Source: an uncultured Chloroflexia bacterium
GTDB taxonomy: Bacteria > Chloroflexota > Dehalococcoidia > Dehalococcoidales > RBG-16-60-22
NCBI GenBank assembly: GCA_963739395.1
Contig: CAVUAE010000001.1
Coordinates: 518,056 to 582,055, forward strand
DNA length: 64,000 nt
Direction: 5' to 3'
The position numbers were made by a program, and so were the translations under genes. Below are positions 27,307 to 35,712 of this stretch, piece by piece (within the stretch, counting starts at the first letter, position 1; each line of letters begins with the position of its first letter). The notes beneath the pieces were generated by a model. That model ran no database searches and was not told the DNA's origin. It saw nothing but the letters and a program-made list of their open reading frames with translations.

Positions 27307-27489
27307 TCCTGGTCCAGATATAGTTTCCAGTATCATGTTATATCTAAATTTGTCTTTTTTCAGTGAATCCCTGACTGCCTGATTGATGAGGTCCGATACC
27401 GAACTTGACTTGGCGATGGCTTTAAGCCGCAGGGCTTTATATAAATCAGGGTCCAGATAGACAGTAGTTCGTTTACTCGCTTTAGTCAT
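27259..27489 (-). CDS. ribbon-helix-helix (CopG/antitoxin-like) DNA-binding protein
   Basis: 76 aa. The N-terminus KRTTVYLDPDLYKALRLKAIAKSSSVSDLINQAVRDSL shows an RHH pattern. The 3' tail overlaps the convergent GNAT gene by 48 nt. No toxin partner was seen. Confidence 0.55.
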   Translation of the reverse strand: MTKASKRTTVYLDPDLYKALRLKAIAKSSSVSDLINQAVRDSLKKDKFRYNMILETISGPGLEVKPKPLRRRREPH

Positions 27490-27513
27490 AATACTATTCC
27501 CCCAAACAACAAC

Positions 27514-27542
27514 ATTATAGCATTATAACGTTATGACGTCAA
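27514..27542 (-). promoter_or_regulatory. sigma70-type promoter for the RHH gene
   Basis: Read on the minus strand: TTGACG, a 17-nt spacer, then TATAAT. A GGGGGA SD follows, before the ATG at 27489. Confidence 0.55.
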
Positions 27543-27612
27543 GATGTTTTGGGAGAGAAGTTCAGGTATTATTTCTAGGGGTGGCTTCTTTTTAAACTGT
27601 GTTACCGGTGGA

Positions 27613-28047
27613 TTAGTTATTGCTTTTTTCTATCGGGTTTGCCAGAAAGTAAGGACCTTCAACGTCTTCCGGCAGCGCATGGCCCATTATTTCCTCCATA
27701 TCAGAAGCACCAAGAAATCCGCCGCCTAATTTTACCGTATCTCCCACACGCGCTACTGCTTGGCCTTTATCATTGATAATCCACATTTCTTTACCTTCGA
27801 TTTTCAATGAATAACCGTATGGCCAGATTATCAAAGCATGCAAATCATTGTTTACGTTTATCCTTAAATAACCGGCATCATCCACCAACTTACCCGATAA
27901 TAGCGTCAGCATCAACTCCTTCTGGACTTCTTTCTGCACCGGGAAATACGGTTCAGGCTGCGATTTTTCTGTAGCTGCACTATTACAACCAAATACCAAA
28001 ACTGACAATATGAGGATGCTGAAAACGATTTCTATTTTATTTTTCAT
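27613..28047 (-). CDS. putative lipoprotein, function unknown
   Basis: 144 aa with a signal peptide and lipobox (LSVLVFGC-NSA). Confidence 0.65.
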   Translation of the reverse strand: MKNKIEIVFSILILSVLVFGCNSAATEKSQPEPYFPVQKEVQKELMLTLLSGKLVDDAGYLRINVNNDLHALIIWPYGYSLKIEGKEMWIINDKGQAVARVGDTVKLGGGFLGASDMEEIMGHALPEDVEGPYFLANPIEKSNN

Positions 28048-28054
28048 CGTACTA

Positions 28055-28084
28055 ATTATAACGTAGAAATCAAGAGGCAGATAG
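28055..28084 (-). promoter_or_regulatory. conserved 30-nt upstream box (copy 1), containing a TATAAT 7 nt from the ATG
   Basis: The plus strand ATTATAACGTAGAAATCAAGAGGCaGATAG matches 29274..29303 at 29/30 positions. On the minus strand it reads ...CCTCTTGATTTCTACGTTATAAT, then 7 nt, then ATG, with no SD. Confidence 0.55.
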
Positions 28085-28152
28085 GTTTGTAGCTTTAATT
28101 ATTTAAGTATACGGAGGGGTTTAGGTATTATTTCTAGCTTGGCTTCTTATGC

Positions 28153-28776
28153 CTATTTTAAAGATAAAGTAATCGATTTAAAAACTGGGTTTAACGTAAG
28201 ACCGTTTTTACTTCCGACACCAATTTTTATCTCCAGATTATCTGGCGGCGTGATTATCGAAGGAGATAATGCCAGTTCTATGAGAATATTTCCTTGACCC
28301 GTGCCTATGATTTTGTTACTATTCTCACTCCGTCCTATGGTTATTACGGTAGGATAATCCGTTTCCGCTTTTGTTTCCAATACCGTAACATATCGTTCCG
28401 GATCGTATTCGTCTTGAGGATAATCACTGGATATACTGGTGATTTGCCAGCCATCGGAGATATTAAAACTGACGCCTCCCCAATCTTCAGGGTCAACTTC
28501 AACCCAGCCAATAATCCTTACCTGCCGGTTTTTCTGCTCGTTTACATCTCCATAAACAAAAATCGTGCCTCTTACAAATGAATCCAGACCAATATCCTGT
28601 GCCGTGATGAAAAAACTCTGATAGTCGATAAGCTCCGCGTTTACGTTTTTGAAAGTATTGATACTGTTGTTATTACAGGCAAATACCAGCAAAACAGCCG
28701 TCAGCGATATCAGTATTGATAAATATTTAGTTATCTTACTGGTTTTTAACATTTTCTCCATTTTAACCAAGCTCAA
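28153..28776 (-). CDS. putative lipoprotein, function unknown
   Basis: 207 aa with a signal peptide and lipobox (LLVFAC-NNN). The exact start among the N-terminal Met codons is uncertain. Confidence 0.6.
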   Translation of the reverse strand: MSLVKMEKMLKTSKITKYLSILISLTAVLLVFACNNNSINTFKNVNAELIDYQSFFITAQDIGLDSFVRGTIFVYGDVNEQKNRQVRIIGWVEVDPEDWGGVSFNISDGWQITSISSDYPQDEYDPERYVTVLETKAETDYPTVITIGRSENSNKIIGTGQGNILIELALSPSIITPPDNLEIKIGVGSKNGLTLNPVFKSITLSLK

Positions 28777-28808
28777 TGCTGAACACTATAAATTCAGCTT
28801 TATTATTG

Positions 28809-29267
28809 TTATTTTAACTCAACCTGCTTAGTGTAGTCTAATGTTCTGTTTTCGAACGTTATATGTAGCTTTAAAGGATACATAATATTATTAAGGATTG
28901 CTATATAACCGGGTATATCACATGTTCCAATTTTACTTTCACCGGGCAACAGAGGATTTGAAAGATTAATATCAAAATCGGCATCAAATGTATATTGTTC
29001 TTCCGTGATTTTGCCTGAGGTATCTGTTGACCGGGTAGACGGTTCAAGAGTAGCTCTCAAATAAATAACCGGCTCCTGTCCCATATTCTTCAGCGTTATT
29101 TCAATTATGTGCGTTCCACCAGGGTTTATTTCTCCACCAGGACCAGGAGGAGTTCCAACCATATTTACGGACAAAACTTCAACCGGCTGCTGATTAGACT
29201 GGCAACCAACAATCTCCATCAGAATAAGTATTAAAAATAGATAACCAAATATTACTGCTTTTTTCAT
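28809..29267 (-). CDS. putative lipoprotein, function unknown
   Basis: The track ORF extends to 29312. I prefer the ATG at 29267 (MKKAVIFGYLFLILILMEIVGC-QSN), which gives a canonical lipoprotein signal peptide. Confidence 0.6.
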   Translation of the reverse strand: MKKAVIFGYLFLILILMEIVGCQSNQQPVEVLSVNMVGTPPGPGGEINPGGTHIIEITLKNMGQEPVIYLRATLEPSTRSTDTSGKITEEQYTFDADFDINLSNPLLPGESKIGTCDIPGYIAILNNIMYPLKLHITFENRTLDYTKQVELK

Positions 29268-29273
29268 CTTATT

Positions 29274-29303
29274 TATTATAACGTAGAAATCAAGAGGCGG
29301 ATA
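29274..29303 (-). promoter_or_regulatory. conserved 30-nt upstream box (copy 2)
   Basis: ATTATAACGTAGAAATCAAGAGGCgGATAG. On the minus strand, TATAAT lies 7 nt upstream of the ATG at 29267. Confidence 0.55.
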
Positions 29304-29329
29304 GTGACCCATAAATGTTATACTAGACT

Positions 29330-31498
29330 ATGGACATCCTCACCGGACTTAATCCCGCCCAAAAAGAAGCCGTAGAAGCTATTAACGGGCCGGTGCTAAT
29401 TTTAGCCGGTCCAGGCAGCGGCAAGACCCGCGTCATTACCCACCGCGTTGCCTACCTCATTAAAGTAGTCGGCGTGAACCCGCGGCGCATCATGGCGGTC
29501 ACTTTCACCAATAAAGCCGCGCGTGAGATGGAGGAGCGACTCCTCAACCTGGTGAGTGCTTCCGTGCAGAACCTCACGCTCGGTACGTTTCACGCCATCT
29601 GCGCGCGCATCTTAAGGCAGGACGGTAAAGTCATTGGCGTCGACAAGAAATTCGTCATTTACGACGATGACGACCAGATAAGCCTGCTCAAGCGGAGTCT
29701 GCAAGACCTGGCTCTCGACCCCAAGCAGTTTGCTCCACGAGCGTTGCAGTCGGTCATCTCCAACGCTAAAAGTCAGATGCTGGGTCCCACCGACCTGCCT
29801 GGTAAGAGTTATTTTGAAGAGGTTACCCGACGCGTCTACGAGCGCTATCAGCAACTTTTAGCCGATAGTTCGGCGCTGGACTTCGACGACCTTTTAATGA
29901 AGACGGTGCTGCTCTTCCGTCATAACAAGGAGACTTTAGAGAAATATCAGGCACGCTACATGCACATCCAGGTGGATGAGTTCCAGGACACCAACCTGGT
30001 GCAGTACGAGCTTATAAAACTCCTCGCCGGTAAGTACCGCAACATCTGCGTCGTTGGCGACCCCGACCAGTCGATATATTCCTGGCGCGCGGCGGACATC
30101 CGTAACATCTTAAATTTTGAGAAGGACTTCCCCGACGCTAAAGTCATCCTCCTCGAACAGAACTATCGCTCCACGCAATTAATCCTCGACGCGGCGACGC
30201 ATGTTATCTCTGCCAACAAACAGCGCAAGCCCAAAGACCTGTGGACGGAGAACGAAAAGGGACTGCCACCCTACGTTATCGAGACCTACTCCGAAGAGGA
30301 GGAAGCGCAGTGGGTGGTCAACGAAATCGACAAATTGGTAAGGAGTAAAGAGGTCAAGCCGGGCGACTGCGCCATCATGTTCCGCACAAATGCGCAGTCC
30401 CGCGTGCTGGAGGAAGCCTTTATCCGCTACGGCATGCCCTACAAGCTGGTGGCCGGCACACGCTTCTACGAACGCCGCGAGGTCAAGGACATCATCGCCT
30501 ACCTCCGACTCATTCAAAATCCCAACGACACGGTCAGCCTGATGCGCGTCATCAACGTTCCCCAGCGCGGCATCGGCGAGCGGAGTCTGGACGAGCTTTC
30601 CCGCTGGGCACAGTCGCAGGGCGTCAACGAATACAAGGCTTTGCAGCTGCTGGCAGAGTCCAAGGACAGTAGTGCGGAACTTCCCTTTAGCGCGCGGACG
30701 GTTAAGGCATTAGCCGGCTTCGCGGCGATGTTGGATAACTTTATCGAGAAGAGTAAAGAGCTTGATATGGTTAAGCTCTTCGACCTCGTGGTCGAAAAAT
30801 CAGGCTATAAGCAGTACATCACGGGACTCGTCGACGGCGACGACCGTTGGGAAAATATCCTTGAGTTAAGAGGCGTGGCACAGGACTATAAGGATTTAGA
30901 TGCTACCGAAGGACTGACCGCTTTCCTCGAAGGCGTAGCGCTGGTGTCGGACGTCGACTCCCTCCCAGAGAAAGTGGAAACCGTCACCCTGATTACGCTG
31001 CACCAGGCCAAGGGACTGGAGTTCCCGGTGGTGTTCATCATCGGCATGGAGGAAGGCATCCTGCCGCATTACAAGAGCATCGACGACCCTGCCCAGCTGG
31101 AGGAGGAGCGTCGCCTTTGTTACGTGGGAATTACCCGGGCGAAGAAGAAAGTGTATCTGGTGCGGGCTTTTCGACGTCACCTCATGGGCAGCAGCGAGGT
31201 GAACAAGCCGTCGCGCTTCCTGCTGGACATACCGTCCCACTTAATCGCGCGGGGCGGGGTAACGGCAAAAGAGGACGAGTGGTCGGCGGCCGGCATCGAC
31301 GCCGCCGAAAAAGCCATCAAAGCCAATGAAGACCTCCCCGTATTCAAGGCTGGCGACCATGTCATGCACGAGCAGTTCGGCGAGGGAGTCGTCATCAACT
31401 ACCACAAAACCAGGAACGACGCCGAGGTGGTGGTGGCTTTCGATGGGGCGGGGATAAAGCGGTTTTTATTGAGTTTTGCCAAGATTGAGAAGATGTAA
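29330..31498 (+). CDS. pcrA: ATP-dependent DNA helicase PcrA/UvrD (SF1)
   Basis: 722 aa with LNPAQKEAVEAINGPVLILAGPGSGKTRV, DEFQDTN, TLHQAKGLEF and YVGITRAK helicase motifs. Confidence 0.93.
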   Translation: MDILTGLNPAQKEAVEAINGPVLILAGPGSGKTRVITHRVAYLIKVVGVNPRRIMAVTFTNKAAREMEERLLNLVSASVQNLTLGTFHAICARILRQDGKVIGVDKKFVIYDDDDQISLLKRSLQDLALDPKQFAPRALQSVISNAKSQMLGPTDLPGKSYFEEVTRRVYERYQQLLADSSALDFDDLLMKTVLLFRHNKETLEKYQARYMHIQVDEFQDTNLVQYELIKLLAGKYRNICVVGDPDQSIYSWRAADIRNILNFEKDFPDAKVILLEQNYRSTQLILDAATHVISANKQRKPKDLWTENEKGLPPYVIETYSEEEEAQWVVNEIDKLVRSKEVKPGDCAIMFRTNAQSRVLEEAFIRYGMPYKLVAGTRFYERREVKDIIAYLRLIQNPNDTVSLMRVINVPQRGIGERSLDELSRWAQSQGVNEYKALQLLAESKDSSAELPFSARTVKALAGFAAMLDNFIEKSKELDMVKLFDLVVEKSGYKQYITGLVDGDDRWENILELRGVAQDYKDLDATEGLTAFLEGVALVSDVDSLPEKVETVTLITLHQAKGLEFPVVFIIGMEEGILPHYKSIDDPAQLEEERRLCYVGITRAKKKVYLVRAFRRHLMGSSEVNKPSRFLLDIPSHLIARGGVTAKEDEWSAAGIDAAEKAIKANEDLPVFKAGDHVMHEQFGEGVVINYHKTRNDAEVVVAFDGAGIKRFLLSFAKIEKM

Positions 31499-31523
31499 AT
31501 TTCGTTTGTTTCCTATTTTTTTT

Positions 31524-32117
31524 CTAAGATTCCAACCAGTTTTCTAATAATTTCAAACCTTCTGTACATGCTTCCGAAACACGTCCAGAGAAATGCTGTG
31601 CCTTTTCTATATCTACAATGCCCACATGTCTATGCCAAAGTGACTCTTCATTAGAACGATTATAATTCACCAATGTTACTCTCACTTTTTCCCGCCAATC
31701 GTTAAATTCTTGGTAAGTCCATGTATCTCCAAATTTTGCATGATTCTTAATTTGCTCTAATACCTCAGCACCATTTTTGATTAAGGATTGTATTTCAATA
31801 TTAAATTCATTACTTTTATTAGTTAATTTTTTTACTTCTTTCCTTGCTTCATCACGTTGCTTATATGACGCTCTAAAAAGATACCAGATGAAAATAACTA
31901 TTAATGTTATTACAAGACCCGCTATTCCCCCTCCCACCGAGCGCCCTACTTTTTCTAGTACAGAAGCATTTGTTCCAGCAATCAACGTTAACCAAGTACC
32001 TCCAGCAACAGCCATTATAACCTGGCCGACCCACATAAAAAGTAGTGTTCTTTGGGCTTTTATCGTATCATAGAAGGCTCGTGAAAGAGCGGATTGATTA
32101 ATTGAATATTCTACCAT
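31524..32117 (-). CDS. hypothetical membrane protein (two TM helices plus a ~110-aa cytosolic domain) in an AT-rich gap
   Basis: 197 aa with no recognisable motif. It lies between pcrA and mutL and is visibly more AT-rich than both. Confidence 0.5.
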   Translation of the reverse strand: MVEYSINQSALSRAFYDTIKAQRTLLFMWVGQVIMAVAGGTWLTLIAGTNASVLEKVGRSVGGGIAGLVITLIVIFIWYLFRASYKQRDEARKEVKKLTNKSNEFNIEIQSLIKNGAEVLEQIKNHAKFGDTWTYQEFNDWREKVRVTLVNYNRSNEESLWHRHVGIVDIEKAQHFSGRVSEACTEGLKLLENWLES

Positions 32118-32156
32118 GCCCCTATTCTAGCACTTTTCAATTCAAGTTCAAGCATA

Positions 32157-32219
32157 ACGACCTCTCCTCCTAACCCCCTCTCCGCCAGCGGAGAGGGGGA
32201 ACTAAAGGGGGTGAGGTCG
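32157..32219. repeat. nested palindrome of the CCCTCTCC/GGAGAGGG type
   Basis: CGACCTC...CCCCCTCTCCGC-ca-GCGGAGAGGGGG...GGGGGTGAGGTCG. It is related to the paired element at 56110..56215. Confidence 0.7.
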
Positions 32220-32272
32220 GTAATTTCTTTGACTCCCTACCTCTAAAAGACTAAACTAAAACTAAAAAGAGC

Positions 32273-32301
32273 TTGACAAAGTACACGCTACCGTGTAAGA
32301 T
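32273..32301 (+). promoter_or_regulatory. sigma70-type promoter of mutL, implying a leaderless or near-leaderless mRNA
   Basis: TTGACA (32273-32278), a 17-nt spacer, then TAAGAT (32296-32301). The mutL ATG is at 32311, only 9 nt after the -10, with no SD. Confidence 0.55.
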
Positions 32302-32310
32302 TGCAGTAAT

Positions 32311-34026
32311 ATGTCTATCAAAATCCTCGATAAAGAAACCATCAATCAGATAGCCGCCGGCGAGGTCGTGGAAAGACCGGCGTCGGTAGTTAAAGAGCTG
32401 GTGGAAAACGCCCTGGACGCCGAGGCGAGTCAGATTGGGGTGGAGATAAGGGGCGGAGGCATTAGTCTGATTAAGGTCACAGACAACGGACTTGGCATTC
32501 CCTCGGACGAAGTCGAACTGGCTTTCGAGCGACACGCCACCAGTAAAATAAAAAGTCCGCAAGACCTCCAGAAGATAAACAGTCTGGGCTTTCGCGGCGA
32601 GGCACTGCCCAGTATCGCCGCCGTGGCGGATGTCGAGGTTGTCACTGCCGCCCAGGACGAGAAATCAGGTACCTACCTATCGCTGGAGGGTGGGACGGTC
32701 TTGAAAAAGGCTAGTCAGGCACGTACAAGAGGCACGACGGTTACCGTGAGGAACTTGTTCAAACGCGTCCCAGCCCGACTTAAATTTTTAAAGTCCCAAG
32801 CCACCGAGAGCGGGCACGTCGCTAACGTGGTCAGCCAATACGCCCTGGCGTACCCCGAGGTGGCGTTCAGCTTAAGCGCGGACGGCAAGGAAAGCCTTAA
32901 AACGTCGGGCAAGGGAAGTCTTCTGGACGCGATTATCGACGTCTACGGCGTCGCTACCGCCAGTAAAATGCTGTCGGTGGACAACTCACAGCAAAGCTGG
33001 AAGTCGGGGGAGGACACGCTGGACATTCACGTTACGGGCATGGTCGGGACGCCCGAACTGGCCAGAGCGGGACGCGACTTTTTAAGCTTCTTCGTCAATC
33101 GACGCTGGGTAAACAGTCGGACGCTCGCCTACGCCGTGGAAGAGGCTTACAGCGGACTCCTCATGACCGGCAAGCATCCGGTGGCGATAATCGACATCTC
33201 CCTGCCGACGGACGCCGTGGACGTCAATATTCATCCGGCGAAGAGTGAGGTGAAGTTCCGCGCCGAGGGAGAGGTCTTTAGAGCCGTCCAGAAAGCGGTG
33301 CGCCAAGCCCTCACAGCACAGATGCCGGTACCGAAAATCGAGGACGTCGTCGCGTCGTATAAAGCCATGCCGCCGCATCAACTCGACCAGTTATGGGGAA
33401 AAACTACGCTAAAATCGACTCCCTCAACAATGGAAGTCCAACCGACCCTGACTGCTTCCCTGCCGGTGTTAAGGGTGGTGGGACAAGTCATGAACAGCTA
33501 CATCGTAGCCGAGGGACCCGACGGTTTATACCTTATCGACCAGCATGCCGCGCACGAGCGGATACGCTACGACAAGGTACTTAAACAGCGGGAGCAAAAA
33601 AAGCCGGAGGTGCAGGGACTTTTAGAGCCAGCGACGCTTGAAGTGACGCCGCGACAGGACGCGATAATGCGGTCGTGCCTGGGACAGCTAACCGACTTCG
33701 GATTTAGTCTGGAGTCGTTTGGTGATAGAACCTATTTAGTAAGGACCGTGCCGGCGCTGGTGGCAGGAGATAACTGGACGGGGATGCTCAAGGAGCTGCT
33801 GGACGGCTTAGTCGGTGAGGAGCGGAGTAAATGGGACGAAAAAATCGTGGCGTCGCTAGCCTGTCACGGGGCGATTAAGGCGGGACAGGCTTTATCAGAT
33901 GAAGAAATGAGGACGCTGGTTCGACAACTGGAGCAGACGGCTAATCCCCACACCTGTCCCCATGGACGTCCCACCGTCATTAAGCTAAGCGCCATACAGC
34001 TGGAGCGGGAGTTCGGGCGGGAATAA
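32311..34026 (+). CDS. mutL: DNA mismatch repair protein MutL
   Basis: 571 aa. N-terminal GHKL ATPase motifs IKILDKETINQIAAGEVVERPASVVKELVENALDA and DNGLGI; C-terminal domain containing CPHGRP. Confidence 0.93.
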   Translation: MSIKILDKETINQIAAGEVVERPASVVKELVENALDAEASQIGVEIRGGGISLIKVTDNGLGIPSDEVELAFERHATSKIKSPQDLQKINSLGFRGEALPSIAAVADVEVVTAAQDEKSGTYLSLEGGTVLKKASQARTRGTTVTVRNLFKRVPARLKFLKSQATESGHVANVVSQYALAYPEVAFSLSADGKESLKTSGKGSLLDAIIDVYGVATASKMLSVDNSQQSWKSGEDTLDIHVTGMVGTPELARAGRDFLSFFVNRRWVNSRTLAYAVEEAYSGLLMTGKHPVAIIDISLPTDAVDVNIHPAKSEVKFRAEGEVFRAVQKAVRQALTAQMPVPKIEDVVASYKAMPPHQLDQLWGKTTLKSTPSTMEVQPTLTASLPVLRVVGQVMNSYIVAEGPDGLYLIDQHAAHERIRYDKVLKQREQKKPEVQGLLEPATLEVTPRQDAIMRSCLGQLTDFGFSLESFGDRTYLVRTVPALVAGDNWTGMLKELLDGLVGEERSKWDEKIVASLACHGAIKAGQALSDEEMRTLVRQLEQTANPHTCPHGRPTVIKLSAIQLEREFGRE

Positions 34027-34072
34027 ATATTAACAATAATGACGTAAAATTGTATAATAAAAAACAAAGTAG

Positions 34073-34969
34073 GTGTTTAAGATGGTTGTGGAAGTAGTAA
34101 CAAACAAAAAAATAAATATAAGCCATGAAAGAACATGTAATTGTCCCCCAAACCATATTAATTGTTTAACACCAAAAGAATGGATACGTTCCCAAGTTGG
34201 TATATGGGAATTCTCTTATGAAAAAAGAGATATAAGGGATAAAAGTATTCATCCGGCTGTCTTTCCAATAGCCTTACCAACACAGTGTATTAAATTGTTT
34301 ACACATGAAGGAGAATTAATATTAGATCCGTTTGCCGGCATAGGTACTACATTATTAGCCGCACAAGACCTTAATAGAAATGCTGTTGGTTTTGATTTAA
34401 AAGAAGAATATATTGAAGTAACTAAGTCTAGACTTGCACAAAGTAGACTATTAAATAATACACAGCAAATAGAAATCAAGGACGATGCACGTAATATTTC
34501 TAATTATTTAAGTGAAGAGACTATCGCATTAGTCGTGACATCACCACCATATTCAAGATTCTTAGATAAGCCTCGTTTAAACAAGAGTATGAGAGGCAAT
34601 TTAAGAAATAATAAGCATTACCTGACAGTCCAGCAATATTCTCAAGACCCTAAAGACATCGGTACTCTTGAACCAATTACATTTAGCAAAGAATTAGCTC
34701 AAATCTTTAAAGGCATATTACCTCTTTTAAGGCCAAAGGCTCATTGCGTCATAGACATTAATGACCTTTGGTGGGAAAATAAAAGGATACCTACGCATGT
34801 TTATATCGTAGAAGAAATGCTTAAGGTAGGGTATGATTTAAGAAATATCATGATTTGGGACAGGAGGAATTTAGTAAATAGGGTAGGTATTTTCGGTTGG
34901 CCTAATAACTTTATTAAGCTTGGAACCACGTTTGAATATTTATTAGACTTCTGGAAACCCGCCTCTTAA
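34073..34969 (+). CDS. amino (N4-cytosine or N6-adenine) DNA methyltransferase, motif order I then IV
   Basis: The AdoMet motif LDPFAGIGTTLLAA precedes the catalytic motif VVTSPPY. The likely start is the ATG at 34082, with AGGTG 9 nt upstream. It is AT-rich (18/60 G+C in a sampled line versus 34/60 in mutL). It is convergent with and overlaps the REase gene. Confidence 0.8.
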   Translation: MFKMVVEVVTNKKINISHERTCNCPPNHINCLTPKEWIRSQVGIWEFSYEKRDIRDKSIHPAVFPIALPTQCIKLFTHEGELILDPFAGIGTTLLAAQDLNRNAVGFDLKEEYIEVTKSRLAQSRLLNNTQQIEIKDDARNISNYLSEETIALVVTSPPYSRFLDKPRLNKSMRGNLRNNKHYLTVQQYSQDPKDIGTLEPITFSKELAQIFKGILPLLRPKAHCVIDINDLWWENKRIPTHVYIVEEMLKVGYDLRNIMIWDRRNLVNRVGIFGWPNNFIKLGTTFEYLLDFWKPAS

Positions 34970-35673
34970 ATTAACCTCTCTCTTTTTGAAAAGCAAAGGC
35001 TCAGTTTATCCGGATTTATTCTAAAGCCAGTCCCATGATCATGAGTAGAACCATCCTGATATTGACCAATTCTTATATCTACACAAATAACACCATCTTT
35101 TGTGTTATTTTTAAATCCGTTAAAGTTAAAACCACTCAATAGCCAAGCTTCATTAAACCAAAACTCTTCATTCTTACCAGCACCTTTACAATCAGCTTGT
35201 ACATATATAACATGTTTAAGCTTCTTTTCAAACACTTTTCTTAGTGTTTCTTCATCCCAATAACCAAGTTGTTCACTATCTGATGATACAAGCACAATTT
35301 TATCTTGGGTAATAATTATTTTAAATCCTTTTAAACCTCTTAAGGTATTGTATTCCGTTGCTTTAGCAGTTGTATGAAGGATTTTTTTACCGTTACTTTT
35401 CTCCGTAATATACCCATATTTTTTTAAAAGTATCGAATTCGCTTTTTCAGGCTGGGGAGCTTTAGTAAATAGAGTCAACATACTACCACTACCCTTTCTT
35501 GCTGATTTTAATTCGGCAAAAGTAGTGTTAGCGATATCTATATTATTTTCTTTAATATCTAATAGATCCTCTAGAGTTTTCCCTATGCCTGTATTACCTG
35601 TCCTATGTGTTTTGATATATCCTCTTGCTTTGATTAACTTCATTTTTTCAATGAATTCGTCAAGGTTTTTCAT
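34966..35673 (-). CDS. MvaI/BcnI-family type IIP restriction endonuclease
   Basis: 235 aa. IKARGYIKTHRTGNTGIGKTLEDLLDIKENN...FAELKSARKGSGSMLTLFTKAP and C-terminal STHDHGTGFRI match my recollection of the BcnI/MvaI pattern (KGY.., ENN, ElK..R, LTLF.K.P, HDRG..lRI). It is tail-to-tail with the MTase. Confidence 0.75.
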   Translation of the reverse strand: MKNLDEFIEKMKLIKARGYIKTHRTGNTGIGKTLEDLLDIKENNIDIANTTFAELKSARKGSGSMLTLFTKAPQPEKANSILLKKYGYITEKSNGKKILHTTAKATEYNTLRGLKGFKIIITQDKIVLVSSDSEQLGYWDEETLRKVFEKKLKHVIYVQADCKGAGKNEEFWFNEAWLLSGFNFNGFKNNTKDGVICVDIRIGQYQDGSTHDHGTGFRINPDKLSLCFSKRERLI

Positions 35674-35712
35674 ACATATTTTCCTTCGTTCCTTAGTATA
35701 TCATATAAAAAT

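Noticed and set aside
26851-27489. GNAT plus ribbon-helix-helix pair as a TacT/TacA- or AtaT/AtaR-like toxin-antitoxin module.
   Set aside because: The two genes are convergent and overlap at their 3' ends rather than forming an antitoxin-toxin operon. The RHH has its own promoter pointing away, and nothing marks the GNAT as a tRNA-acetylating toxin.
34027-35712. Search for direct repeats or att-like duplications flanking the R-M cassette.
   Set aside because: Only trivial A/T-rich matches were found, so the insertion boundaries cannot be defined from the sequence.
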